DNA of 64,000 nucleotides. Origin: Nannocystis bainbridge (lineage in GTDB: Bacteria > Myxococcota_A > Polyangia > Nannocystales > Nannocystaceae). The notes beneath the pieces are model-generated. The model made no database searches and was not told the origin of the DNA. It saw only the letters and a program-made list of their open reading frames with translations. This document shows, piece by piece, positions 51,809-63,457 of the stretch (positions are counted from its first letter, which is position 1; each line of letters begins with the position of its first letter). The stretch lies in assembly GCF_028368995.1 (NCBI RefSeq), contig NZ_JAQNDL010000001.1:4320001-4384000 (forward strand), given 5' to 3'. The position numbers and the translations under genes were made by a program.

Positions 51809-52465
51809 ATGCGGAAGATCCGCCAGCACGTCAACCCGCTGAGCGCGCACTTCATGGTGACGCGCGCCCAGCCGGTCGCGCGCCCGCCAGAGCTCGCGCC
51901 CGGCTGCCCGATCGAGGTCGAGCTCGGCTGCGCCGACGCCGAGTTCAGCTTCGCCCGCGCGGCCGCTCGCCCGGACATGCTGATGGTCGGGCTCGACATC
52001 CGCGAGCCCTGCCTGGCCCGCAACCGCGTGCGCGCCGCCGAAGAGCGCCTGTCCAACCTGCTGTTCGGCTACGTCAACCTCAACGTCGACATCGACGTGG
52101 TGTTCGCGCCGGCCAGCGTCGACCGCTTCCACCTGCTGTTCCCCGACCCGTGGGTCAAGAAGAGTCACCACAAGCGGCGGGTGATCGAGCCGGCGCTGGT
52201 GGCGTCGCTGGCCGCGCAGCTGCGCCCCGGCGGCGAGCTGCACGTGGCCAGCGACGTGTTCGACGTGGCGCTCGAGATCATGGCGACGGTCGAGGACCCA
52301 TCGCTCGCGCACGTCGGCTTCGTCAACCAGGCCGGCCCGTGGGGCTTCTGGCGCGGCAACCCGTTCGAGGCCAGCCGCCGTGAACAGACGACGCTGCGCC
52401 GCGAACAGCGGGTGTGGCGGATGCGCTATGTCCGTGGCGACATGGCGGTTCCGACAGGTCCGTAA
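51809..52465 (+). CDS. trmB: tRNA (guanine-N7)-methyltransferase
   Basis: RQHVNP, VELGC, GLDIR, FPDPWVKKSHHKRR, ASD. Confidence 0.92.
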   Translation: MRKIRQHVNPLSAHFMVTRAQPVARPPELAPGCPIEVELGCADAEFSFARAAARPDMLMVGLDIREPCLARNRVRAAEERLSNLLFGYVNLNVDIDVVFAPASVDRFHLLFPDPWVKKSHHKRRVIEPALVASLAAQLRPGGELHVASDVFDVALEIMATVEDPSLAHVGFVNQAGPWGFWRGNPFEASRREQTTLRREQRVWRMRYVRGDMAVPTGP

Positions 52466-52577
52466 GGACATGGCGATCGGGGCATGTCTGTCTGGACATG
52501 TCGCATGTGACAGGTGAGTGGCAGGTCGGGCCGGAGCGACCTGGCCGTCTCGCTTTCAGGACATGTCGCCTGCGACA
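52429..52577. repeat. Six phased 14-bp palindromic units (52429-52512) plus a pair at 52550-52577
   Basis: TGTCCGTGGCGACA|TGGCGGTTCCGACA|GGTCCGTAAGGACA|TGGCGATCGGGGCA|TGTCTGTCTGGACA|TGTCGCATGTGACA. Confidence 0.9.
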
Positions 52578-52667
52578 GGTCAGCGGGGGGTCGATCCGGA
52601 GCGACCCTGGTCGCTCCGCCAGGCGCGAGCACCCGCCGCGGTCCGGCGGGGGGTTCACCCGAGGGCT

Positions 52668-53177
52668 TCAGGCCCCGGGCATGAGCGTCTCGATCTGCGG
52701 CAGCGCGAAGGCGTCGGGCAGCTCGAGGCACTTGCCGACGCGCTGGGCCTCGACGCGGGCGGCCTCAGGGTCGGGCGCCTTGTCGACGCGCTCCTGGACG
52801 GTGTCGACGCACGAACAAAAGGTCAGTGAAGCGCGGCGGGTGGCGACGTCGGCGCAGGTCGTGTGGTGACGCGCGAGACTCCAGGCGAGGAAGGGGCCGC
52901 GGCAGTCGAGCGAGGGGAACTCGATGGCGAGCACGCACTCGCACAGCTCCTCGTCGCGGGGGAGCACCATGGCCTGCGTGCAGAGGGTTTGCATGTACGC
53001 GTCCTCGGCCCGCAGGCGCGCGTCGTAGCTGCTGGCGTTGCCCTGGATCATCCCGGCGAGGCTCGGCAGCAGGAACCACGCGATCACGCCGACGACGGGT
53101 AAGCCGGCGAGGGCACCGAAGAGCAGGTCCCGGGTGCGGGAGCGTGGTGGGTCATCGAGATCGGCGAGCATCGGCAT
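52668..53177 (-). CDS. Hypothetical Cys-rich single-pass membrane protein
   Basis: N-terminal TM, 8 Cys including CEC and CSC. Confidence 0.65.
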   Translation of the reverse strand: MPMLADLDDPPRSRTRDLLFGALAGLPVVGVIAWFLLPSLAGMIQGNASSYDARLRAEDAYMQTLCTQAMVLPRDEELCECVLAIEFPSLDCRGPFLAWSLARHHTTCADVATRRASLTFCSCVDTVQERVDKAPDPEAARVEAQRVGKCLELPDAFALPQIETLMPGA

Positions 53178-53340
53178 AAGATCCCCCGGGATCGTGGCGG
53201 ATTTTGCGCTGCGGCGGCCGTGGAGGTCCCACGATGGTCCGATCTCGCAGGCGCTTGGGGCTTGTGAAGCGCAGACGAACCGTACAATACTCAGGCACAG
53301 CGCCGGTGCTAGCCTGTCCGGCCCTTCCCCAATGACGGCC

Positions 53341-53991
53341 ATGCTCCGCTCCCGATCGTTCGTCGCAACCGTCCTCGCCCTGGCCATGGTGCCCGTGCCC
53401 GGTCTCGCGGCCCCCGCGACCCCCGCGGCTGCAGCTCCGGCCGCGGCCCCCGCCGCGCCGGCGGATCAGCCCGCCAACCCGGCTGCCACGCCGGGCGAGG
53501 CGACCCCGGGCGAGGTCCCGACCAGTGACTCGCCCGACGAGGTGCCCAGCGAGGTGCCGGTCGAGGAGCCGCAGCCCGAAGAGAAGGCCGAGCCGGAGCA
53601 GCCGGAGCAGCCGGAGACGGTGGTCCCCGAGGGTCCGGAGCGCCCGCCGGAGCCTATGCTCGGCAACGGCAAGTTCAAGGCGAAGGGCACCGGCCTGATG
53701 ATCTCCGGCGGCGTCCTGCTCGGCGCTGGCCTCGTCGGCGTGATCACGTCCTACTTCCTCACGCGCTGCCCCGACGAGGACATCGACAAGTCGTTCGCGT
53801 GCAAGAACCGGCAGCACAACACGTTCGCGGTCCCGGCCACCGGCGCGGCGGCCCTGCTCGGCGCGGTGCTCCTCATCGTCGGCCTCACCTACCGCGCCCG
53901 CTACAAGCGCTGGGAGAACTGGGACCCGACCCGCGCGAGGACGGCCTTCCGCCCCGACTTCACGGCCAACGGCGTCAGCTTCAAGTTCTGA
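53341..53991 (+). CDS. Hypothetical exported protein with Pro/Glu linker and two C-terminal hydrophobic helices
   Basis: Signal peptide ..GLA-AP, low-complexity linker, GTGLMISGGVLLG, terminal SFKF. Confidence 0.75.
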   Translation: MLRSRSFVATVLALAMVPVPGLAAPATPAAAAPAAAPAAPADQPANPAATPGEATPGEVPTSDSPDEVPSEVPVEEPQPEEKAEPEQPEQPETVVPEGPERPPEPMLGNGKFKAKGTGLMISGGVLLGAGLVGVITSYFLTRCPDEDIDKSFACKNRQHNTFAVPATGAAALLGAVLLIVGLTYRARYKRWENWDPTRARTAFRPDFTANGVSFKF

Positions 53992-54330
53992 GCCCCCGGC
54001 CCGCGCCTCGACGAGGACGCCGCAGCAACCCGCAGGGTGCGCGCCGTCCTCGTCGGCGTTTCTGCGTTCGAGAGACACCTTCTTCCGGACATGTTCGTGG
54101 AGGCATGTCGAGGAGATCGCGCCCGGGAGCCGTCCAGCGAATGTTCCTTCGCGCTGCACCGAGGATCGCCCTGCGCGTGACGGCTCCGAGTGCCGAGGCG
54201 TGACCGGATCTCGGCCGGGCGACCAGTGAGCGAGATTTGCCTCGCTCGAGCCGGCACCTGTCGGATGTTCCTTCGGACATGTCCGGAAGAACATCCGCAG
54301 CTCGGGTCGCAACAGCGGCCCCCGCTGCGC

Positions 54331-54714
54331 TCACGGGCGGTCGCGGCCGATGACGACTCTGGCGAGGTCGAGGAGCAGCTCGAGCTCTTGCGGCTGGGCC
54401 CGTTGTGCGACCGAGTTGAGCAGCGCCAGCAGCGTGCTCTCGGGGGACGCGGCGGGTCCAGGCAGCTCGGGCAGCAGCAGCGCCAGCGGCACGCCCATGC
54501 CGTCGGCGATCCGCAGCAGGGTGCGCAGGCCCGGGCTGGTGTAGTGGCCGTTCTCGAGCCGCGAGACCATGTCCGAAGCGATGCCAGCGGCGCGCGCGAC
54601 CGACTGCTGGGTCAGCCCGCGCTCCTCGCGGATCGCCCGGATCCGCTGGGCCAGCGCCGCCATGTAGCGGCGCTCGTACTGCTCGCGCGCGAGGTCGTAG
54701 GTCTCTTCGGACAT
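54331..54714 (-). CDS. XRE/Cro-family HTH transcriptional regulator
   Basis: IRAIREERGLTQQSVARAAGIASDMVSRLENG..PGLRTLLRIA. Confidence 0.9.
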   Translation of the reverse strand: MSEETYDLAREQYERRYMAALAQRIRAIREERGLTQQSVARAAGIASDMVSRLENGHYTSPGLRTLLRIADGMGVPLALLLPELPGPAASPESTLLALLNSVAQRAQPQELELLLDLARVVIGRDRP

Positions 54715-54830
54715 GTTCTAAAGAGAAGCCTCGGGTGGCGACCCCGGCGAGCGGCCCGGGGCCGCCGGGGAGCGGCGCCCGGGTCGCTCGCGCGTGATGG
54801 CGTGGTTCGCTGCGCGCATGTCCGTCCTCG

Positions 54831-56972
<2,142 letters not shown>

Positions 56973-57325
56973 GGTGGCGAAGAGTAGCAGCGGCGCCAGC
57001 TGGCGCGAGTCCGCGCCCGCCGCACGAAGCTCACGCGGCCCGAAGACCTCGAAGACGGCGGAATGGCGGCTGCGAGGCCCGACGCGGCGGCTCCGAATTC
57101 GGCGCTGGTCTGGCCTGGGCGGAGGTCGGCGAGGCTGGGCACGCTGCTCGCTCGTCGAGGTGCCAGCAGGTGAGGAAGAAATCATGATCGCCGGCGCATC
57201 GAGCGGCCTTTCGAAGATGTCCGCGAGGACATGGTCGAAGAGACATGTATGCGCGCGGCCACTACCTCGCAAGGCGAGACGTCGCGGCCTTGTGCAGCGC
57301 CGGTGCGAGGTGCTAAGCCGAGGCG

Positions 57326-58084
57326 ATGCGGGCGCGAGTTCCGGCGTGGCGAGGCCTGTATGCGATCCTCGATCTGCCGCACGCGGGTGGGCTCGAGCCG
57401 GCGGTGGCGCTGGCCGGGCTGCTCGGCGTCATGGAGATCGGTCCGGAGAAAGCTCCCATGATCGTGCAGCTGCGGGCCAAGCAGGCCGATGCGGCGGAGC
57501 GCGGGCGGCTGGTGCGTGAGCTGGCGCCCATGGTCCGCGCGGCGGGAGGTCTGCTGATCGTCGACGACGACTTCGAGGCGGCGATGGCAGGCGCCGACGG
57601 GGTTCACCTCGGCCAGGAGGACATGGCCGAGCGGACAGGTGACCGACCCTGGTCCGAGCTGCTGGCGGAGCTGCGAAGCGCGGCGCCGCCAGGCTTCTTG
57701 ATCGGGCTTTCGACGCACTCGCGAGCGCAGGTGGAGCTCGCGGCTGGGCTCGATGTCGACTACATCGGCTTCGGGCCGATCCTGCAGACCCGCTCCAAAC
57801 TGGCGCAGGAGCCCGCTGTCGGCTTCGAAGCGCTGGAGCAGGTCTGCGCGATCTCGCCGCACCCGGTCGTGGCGATCGGCGGCCTCGGGGCTGAGGAGGC
57901 GCTGCGGTGTGCAAGGGCGGGAGCAGCCGGCGTGGCGATGATCGGCGCGCTGGTGGGCACGACCGAGGCGGAGGTCCGCGCTCGGGCGGTGGACCTGGCG
58001 ACGGCGCTGAAGCACGCGATTCACGCGCTCGGTTCCGCCGTATCGCCCGCAGGCGGGCCGGCTGCCCGATCGCCGGCTTCCTGA
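57326..58084 (+). CDS. thiE: Thiamine phosphate synthase
   Basis: [40 protein letters not shown]. Confidence 0.9.
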   Translation: MRARVPAWRGLYAILDLPHAGGLEPAVALAGLLGVMEIGPEKAPMIVQLRAKQADAAERGRLVRELAPMVRAAGGLLIVDDDFEAAMAGADGVHLGQEDMAERTGDRPWSELLAELRSAAPPGFLIGLSTHSRAQVELAAGLDVDYIGFGPILQTRSKLAQEPAVGFEALEQVCAISPHPVVAIGGLGAEEALRCARAGAAGVAMIGALVGTTEAEVRARAVDLATALKHAIHALGSAVSPAGGPAARSPAS

Positions 58085-58181
58085 CCGGCGGCTCTGCCGC
58101 GAACTTGCAGCGCCGGACTTTCGGAGGCATCACAGAAGGGTGCAGTTGGCGGGGAATACGGCAGGTAGAGCGGTGCGTCGC

Positions 58182-58376
58182 ATGGCGCCGGCCGCTCAGC
58201 CCGGTCGCGAGGTGGTCGACGTGCTGGTCGCGCGTCGTCAGGTCCGCACCGGCCCGCTGCATGTGCGACCGCTCGGCGACATCGACGACCGCTCGGGCCT
58301 GGAGACGCGGCTGCCGCTGCTGATCCTGTTCAGCCTCGGGGTCCTCGTCAGCGTGCAGGTCTACCTGCACGTGTAG
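58182..58376 (+). CDS. Small hypothetical membrane protein
   Basis: GC3-biased codons, C-terminal TM LPLLILFSLGVLVSVQVYL. Confidence 0.45.
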   Translation: MAPAAQPGREVVDVLVARRQVRTGPLHVRPLGDIDDRSGLETRLPLLILFSLGVLVSVQVYLHV

Positions 58377-58504
58377 CCTGCCCGTGTAGCGGACACGGCC
58401 GTTCGGCGAACGGGGTCGCGTTTTCACGCGCCGTTCGGTGGTTGGGCGCCTACATCGGGCGCGAAGCGAGGTTCGTGGCTCGCGGTGCGGACGATGAAAG
58501 GCCC

Positions 58505-58574
58505 TGTCCGATCGGGCAGGGCCTTTGGCGCAGGTTCTATCGCGCATGTCGCAAGGGACATGGCCCTTGCGACA
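58505..58574. repeat. Five phased 14-bp palindromic units
   Basis: TGTCCGATCGGGCA|GGGCCTTTGGCGCA|GGTTCTATCGCGCA|TGTCGCAAGGGACA|TGGCCCTTGCGACA. Confidence 0.8.
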
Positions 58575-58580
58575 GGAGCA

Positions 58581-59780
58581 TCAGCTGTGCTCGAGCACGA
58601 GGGCGATGCCCTGGCCGCCGCCGATGCAGGCGGCGCCGACGGCGTAGCGGCCGGAGCGGCGGCGGAGCTCGTGGACGAGGTGGGCGGTGATGCGCGCGCC
58701 CGAGGCGCCGAGCGGGTGGCCGAGAGCGATGGCGCCGCCGTCGACATTGGTCTTGTCGCGGTCGAGGCCGAGCTCCTTCTCGCAGGCGAGGTACTGAGCG
58801 GCGAAGGCCTCGTTGATCTCGAACAGGTCGACGTCGCCCTGGGCGAGGCCGGCGCGGGCGAGGGCGCCGCGGATGGCGGGCACGGGGCCGATGCCCATGA
58901 TCGTCGGCTCGACGCCGGCGACGTGCCACTGGACGACGCGCGCGAGCGAGGTGAGGCCGTGACGCTTGACGGCCTCTTCGCTGGCGAGCACGAGCGCGGC
59001 GCCGCCGTCGCAGATGCCGGAGGCGTTACCGGCCGTGACGACGCCGTCCTTCTTGAAGGAGGCCGGCAACTTGCCCATGGTCTCGAGGCTGGCGTCGCGG
59101 CGCGCGTGCTCGTCGACGGCGAACTGGGTCACGCCCTTCTTGGACTTGATCTCGACCGGCGCGAGCTCGGCGGTGAAGCGGCCGGCGTCCTGCGCGGCGG
59201 CCCAGGTCTGCTGCGAGCGCAGGCCGTAGGCGTCGCACTCGGCGCGGCTGATGCCGTACTTCTCGGCCAGGTTCTCGGCGGTGATCGCCATCGAGCAGCC
59301 GGCGTACGGGTCGGTGAGCGAGGTCCACAGGCTGTCCTCGAGCTTGAGGTCGACGCCGAGCCGGGCGCCCCAGCGCAGGCCGCGACCGACGTGCGGGGCC
59401 TGGCTCATGCTCTCGGAGCCGCCGACGAGCGCGATCTCGGCGTCGCCGGCGAGGATGTCGTGGATGCCGCTGACGACCGCCTGGAAGCCCGAACCGCACA
59501 GGCGGTTGACGGTGAGCGCGGGGACGGCGATCGGGACGCCGCTCTTGAGGCCGACGTGGCGCGCGAGGTAGATCGCGTCGGCCGAGGTCTGGGCGACGTT
59601 GCCGAACACCACGGTGTCGACGACCTCGGGGCTGACGCCGCCGGCCTGCAGCGCGGCCTTGGCGGCGACCACGGCGAGGTCAGTCGCGGTGAAGTCCTTC
59701 AGCGCGCCGCCGAAGGTGCCGAAGGGCGTGCGCTTGGCCGCGACGATATGGATGGCGCGAGAGAGTGGCTTCTTGGTCAT
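58581..59780 (-). CDS. Acetyl-CoA C-acyltransferase (thiolase)
   Basis: RTPFG, NRLCGSG, TAGNASGICDG, EINEAFA, GAIALGHPLGASG, CIGGGQG. Confidence 0.96.
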   Translation of the reverse strand: MTKKPLSRAIHIVAAKRTPFGTFGGALKDFTATDLAVVAAKAALQAGGVSPEVVDTVVFGNVAQTSADAIYLARHVGLKSGVPIAVPALTVNRLCGSGFQAVVSGIHDILAGDAEIALVGGSESMSQAPHVGRGLRWGARLGVDLKLEDSLWTSLTDPYAGCSMAITAENLAEKYGISRAECDAYGLRSQQTWAAAQDAGRFTAELAPVEIKSKKGVTQFAVDEHARRDASLETMGKLPASFKKDGVVTAGNASGICDGGAALVLASEEAVKRHGLTSLARVVQWHVAGVEPTIMGIGPVPAIRGALARAGLAQGDVDLFEINEAFAAQYLACEKELGLDRDKTNVDGGAIALGHPLGASGARITAHLVHELRRRSGRYAVGAACIGGGQGIALVLEHS

Positions 59781-59867
59781 GCGTGGGCTCGTTGCTCGAA
59801 GTATGCGGGAGGGGTGCAGGCCGCGAAAGGTTGAGCATCCTCACGGTTTGCGCTTCAATCTCGGAGG

Positions 59868-60662
59868 TTGCTGCTCTCGCTCGTCATCGCGGCCTCGCTG
59901 CTCGACGCCTCACCGGCTCCGCCGTCCGTGCCGGAGCCGGCGCCCGCGCTCGGCACGGTGTCGGTCGCCCCGCCGAGGACGACGCTGCAGCGACTTGAGG
60001 TTCCGCAAACTCCGGCGAGCGAGACCTCGACGCGCCGGTCGTCACGCGATGCGCTGCGGCGGTACCTCACTCGCCCGGTGGCGCGCTCGGCCCGCTATCT
60101 CGATCACGGGGTGATCGCGGTCGGCGTGGGTCTGGGGTTGCCGCAGATCTATCGCCTCGAGCTGCAATTGGGGCTGCTCGATCACCTGACGCTCGGCGCG
60201 ACGGCACACTGGCTCCCGGGACAGGTGCGGCCGAGCTGGTCGCCGAAGGCGGCGGTGGCGTTCTTCCGCGGGCGACTGCTCGAGGTGGGGGCGTTCTATC
60301 AGCAGGTGCTGTACCCGCCGACGCGCGATGACGGCGACCCGACGACGATCGCGTTCCAGCGCCGCGCGCACTACCTGATGGCGAGCGTGAGCCTGTCGCA
60401 GGCGTGGCTGACCGGCGGCTTCGACATCGGCTGGGCCCGCGGCCGCGAGGCGCTGACGCTGCTGACGCCGGAAGACCTCGAGACGAGCACGGCGTTCACC
60501 GTCCGCGACCGCCTCGGCGCAGGCCTTCACCTGCGCTTCGGCACACGCCGCGTCGGCGTGACGATGCAAGCCTGGTACCCGTACCTGGCGGCCGAACTGG
60601 TGCTCGACGTCCGCTTCGGAGCGTTCGAGATGCGCCGGCGCGGCGGCTGGCGCGAGCTGTGA
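59868..60662 (+). CDS. Hypothetical exported, beta-rich protein
   Basis: Hydrophobic N-terminus, amphipathic strands. Confidence 0.6.
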   Translation: MLLSLVIAASLLDASPAPPSVPEPAPALGTVSVAPPRTTLQRLEVPQTPASETSTRRSSRDALRRYLTRPVARSARYLDHGVIAVGVGLGLPQIYRLELQLGLLDHLTLGATAHWLPGQVRPSWSPKAAVAFFRGRLLEVGAFYQQVLYPPTRDDGDPTTIAFQRRAHYLMASVSLSQAWLTGGFDIGWARGREALTLLTPEDLETSTAFTVRDRLGAGLHLRFGTRRVGVTMQAWYPYLAAELVLDVRFGAFEMRRRGGWREL

Positions 60663-60779
60663 GCTGCCCGTAGAGACAGGTCCGTGCCGAGCGAGCTGTC
60701 CTGAAGGACATGCAGTCGATGACTCACGCTCGGGCGGATCGATGCCGCCGCGAGTTCGTGAATCAACCTGTCCCGAAGG

Positions 60780-62414
60780 TCAGGCGCGGAGGCGGGCGAC
60801 GCCGAGGCGCTCGGCGTGCTTCAGCAGGCGCACGGTGGCGGCGACCTGGCGGGCGCGGAAGTCCTCGTCGATGGTGATGTCGAGGTACTCGAACAGCTCG
60901 TGCTGGCTGGTGGAGCGGCCGACGCGGGCGGTGATCTTGTCGATCGAGACGTCCATCAGCGGGATCGGCGGGGGCGGCTGCGGGTCGCCCAGGTACTCGG
61001 GGTTGATACACGACGAGAGGTCGTTGGCGGAGGCCATGCGGTCGTTGAGGGCGGAGACGCCGAAGCGACGCATGAGGGTGGCGCCGATCGAGCAGTGCTC
61101 GAACTGGGTGCTGACGACGCAGCCCTTGCGGACGCGCGGGCCGATGACGAGCGAGGGCACACGGAAGCCCATCTGCGTGAACTCGGCCTCGTCGTCGACG
61201 GTGGTCGGCGGCGCGACGTGGTCGTAGAAGCCGCCGTGCTCGTCGTAGGTGACGATGAACAGGGTCTTCTCCCAGCCGGGTCCCTCGGCGAGGGCCTTGT
61301 AGAGCGAGCCGATCAAGATCTGGCCGAGCTGGATGTCGTGCTCGGGGTGGTCATCGTTGGAGGTGAAGCCAGGGTCGATGACGGTGAAGTTGGGCAGGGT
61401 GCCGGCGGCCGCGTCGGCGAAGAAGCGGTCGAGGTTGTTGGGGTTGGTCAGCGCGTCGAGGCTGAAGCCGCCGATGCCGTCCGCCAGCTTGCCCCACACG
61501 GTCGGGATCAGCGGGAAGGCACCCGCGACCCAGGGGACGTCGGTGAAGTAGATCCGGCTGGTCAGGCCAGCGTCGTCGCAGGCGTGCCACAGGGTCTGCA
61601 GGAAGGGCGACGGGAAGTTGCTCTTGCCGCCCTCGGAGCTGCAGGCGTGCACGTAGTAGCGGTTGGGCCAGGTCGGGCCCATGACCGAGGCGAACCACCG
61701 ATCGCACAGGGCGAAGTTGTCGGCGAGCGCCCACGACACGGGGATCTGCTCGCGCACGTGGTAACCCATGACCTGCTCGGCGTAGCCGGGGTTCTTCTTC
61801 TCGTTCTCGAACACGAACCCGTTGCAGGCGCCGAGGTTGAACTGCGTGTGGCACTCGTCCCACTCGTGCGGCGGATCCTTGGGCTGGTACTCGTCGAGCT
61901 TGTAGACGGTGACGTCGCCGAGACCGATGCTCGGGTTCCACTCGTCGCCGTCGAGGCCGTCGACCACGCGACCCTCGAGGAACTTGAGGGCGCCGAAGTA
62001 GTGATCGAACGAGCGGTTCTCCATCACCAGGACGACGATGTGCTCGATGCCGGCGAGCAGCTCCTCGGGGCTGAGGTCGCTGGCGGCACACTCGCTGACC
62101 GGCGACTCCGTGGTCGATTCGCCGGTGCTTTCGCCGGTGGTCGTGCTGTCGTCGGTGGTGGTCGACGAGCTGGTGGTGCCGGTGTCGCTGGCGCCGCCGT
62201 CCGAGGTGGTCGGCACGTCGGTCGTGCTCGAACCATCGCCGGTGGTCGTGGTGCCGGTGGTCGGGTCGGAGGAGCCGCCGTCGGTGGTGCCGCTGGGCTC
62301 GCTCCCGTCGTCACCGCAGCCGAACGCGGTGGTGCCGGCGAGCGCAGCGATCGCCTGCAGCGCCCGTCGGCGGGAGATCCGTGTCCGGGCCGCCCGCAGG
62401 TACTTCTTCGTCAT
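60780..62414 (-). CDS. Phosphoesterase / phospholipase C family Tat lipoprotein
   Basis: ISRRRAL Tat motif, AFGC lipobox, Thr/Ser linker, MENRSFDHYFG, GPTWPNR, DDHP, TYDEHGGFYDHV. Confidence 0.92.
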   Translation of the reverse strand: MTKKYLRAARTRISRRRALQAIAALAGTTAFGCGDDGSEPSGTTDGGSSDPTTGTTTTGDGSSTTDVPTTSDGGASDTGTTSSSTTTDDSTTTGESTGESTTESPVSECAASDLSPEELLAGIEHIVVLVMENRSFDHYFGALKFLEGRVVDGLDGDEWNPSIGLGDVTVYKLDEYQPKDPPHEWDECHTQFNLGACNGFVFENEKKNPGYAEQVMGYHVREQIPVSWALADNFALCDRWFASVMGPTWPNRYYVHACSSEGGKSNFPSPFLQTLWHACDDAGLTSRIYFTDVPWVAGAFPLIPTVWGKLADGIGGFSLDALTNPNNLDRFFADAAAGTLPNFTVIDPGFTSNDDHPEHDIQLGQILIGSLYKALAEGPGWEKTLFIVTYDEHGGFYDHVAPPTTVDDEAEFTQMGFRVPSLVIGPRVRKGCVVSTQFEHCSIGATLMRRFGVSALNDRMASANDLSSCINPEYLGDPQPPPPIPLMDVSIDKITARVGRSTSQHELFEYLDITIDEDFRARQVAATVRLLKHAERLGVARLRA

Positions 62415-62582
62415 TCACCAGCGAGACTACCGCCTGGGTCCGCCGGCCGACAGACCTGCTGGGTCCGCTCGCAAGAGCTGCGCGAAGATGTCGCGACCGC
62501 GTTTCGTCGGCGGAGAGGGCGCCGCGAAGGGAGGTTCGCGCGCGCTCGAGCAGGGCGAAGGGTCGGCGACGACGGCGCAGCG

Positions 62583-62810
62583 CTAAAACGTGAAGTGCTG
62601 CGAGACGATGTCCTCGTTCTCGATCAGCTTGGCCGTGGGCCGGGGCTTGACCACGGTGGGGACGGGCACGCCGGCCGCATCCAGCTTTTCCGCAATAATC
62701 TCTTCGAGATACCCGCTGACGCTGAGGCCGGTGGACTCGCAATAGTCCTTGAGCCGCTGATAGGTGATGCCCTTGACCGAGATGCTCCTGCGGGTCTGTC
62801 GCTTCGCCAT
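62583..62810 (-). CDS. Small ribbon-helix-helix-like DNA-binding protein
   Basis: AGGGAGG RBS; RRSISVKGITYQRLKDYC...SVSGYLEEII fits the RHH strand-helix-helix pattern. Confidence 0.75.
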   Translation of the reverse strand: MAKRQTRRSISVKGITYQRLKDYCESTGLSVSGYLEEIIAEKLDAAGVPVPTVVKPRPTAKLIENEDIVSQHFTF

Positions 62811-63457
62811 TGCTGCCCTCCCTTCGCCTGGTGGCTCCTGCTCTCCAGCCTCTACGTCAAGCGCTGTCCGCACGCAAGGCCCATTCCACACTGCCCTAGG
62901 ATGCGCGAGGGGCGCATCCTGGTAGAGGCCGCCACCATGACGATCAAGTCCCCGACATCACTGGTAAATCTCTGATTTCGTGAGGCCCGATCGATTTGGT
63001 GGATCAGTCGAGTCCTGGCATGGTGAATCGCAGATATTTACCGCCGTCGGAGAGATCTCGGAGATCTCCTCAGCCATTTTAACCTAGCCGCAGACCGGGG
63101 AGCAAGGGGCAAAATCAATTTGCCCCGTGGACCTGGGACCGGGCACGGTGAAGTGGAATACAAAAAAATCGCCCCCATGAACAGGTGCGAATTCTGACCT
63201 TCCGCAGCTGCGGAGGCTTCCACAGCGACCCGACGTGCGAGGCCATCGACGCCGATGCGCCCGTACGTCGGTCTCGGGGCCGATGTCGTCGGCGAACGTC
63301 GAGGTGACGCGGGTTGCGTGGAATGCGGGCTTCGTCGGGCTCACTGCGGTGAGCGAGGGCTCGGGACCGCGGACGTGATCACACCCGGTGATTGACGTAT
63401 CGTGCCACCATCGCCCTGTTCGGGGGTGTTCGCACCGTGCCCTCGTCGGTCCGCACC

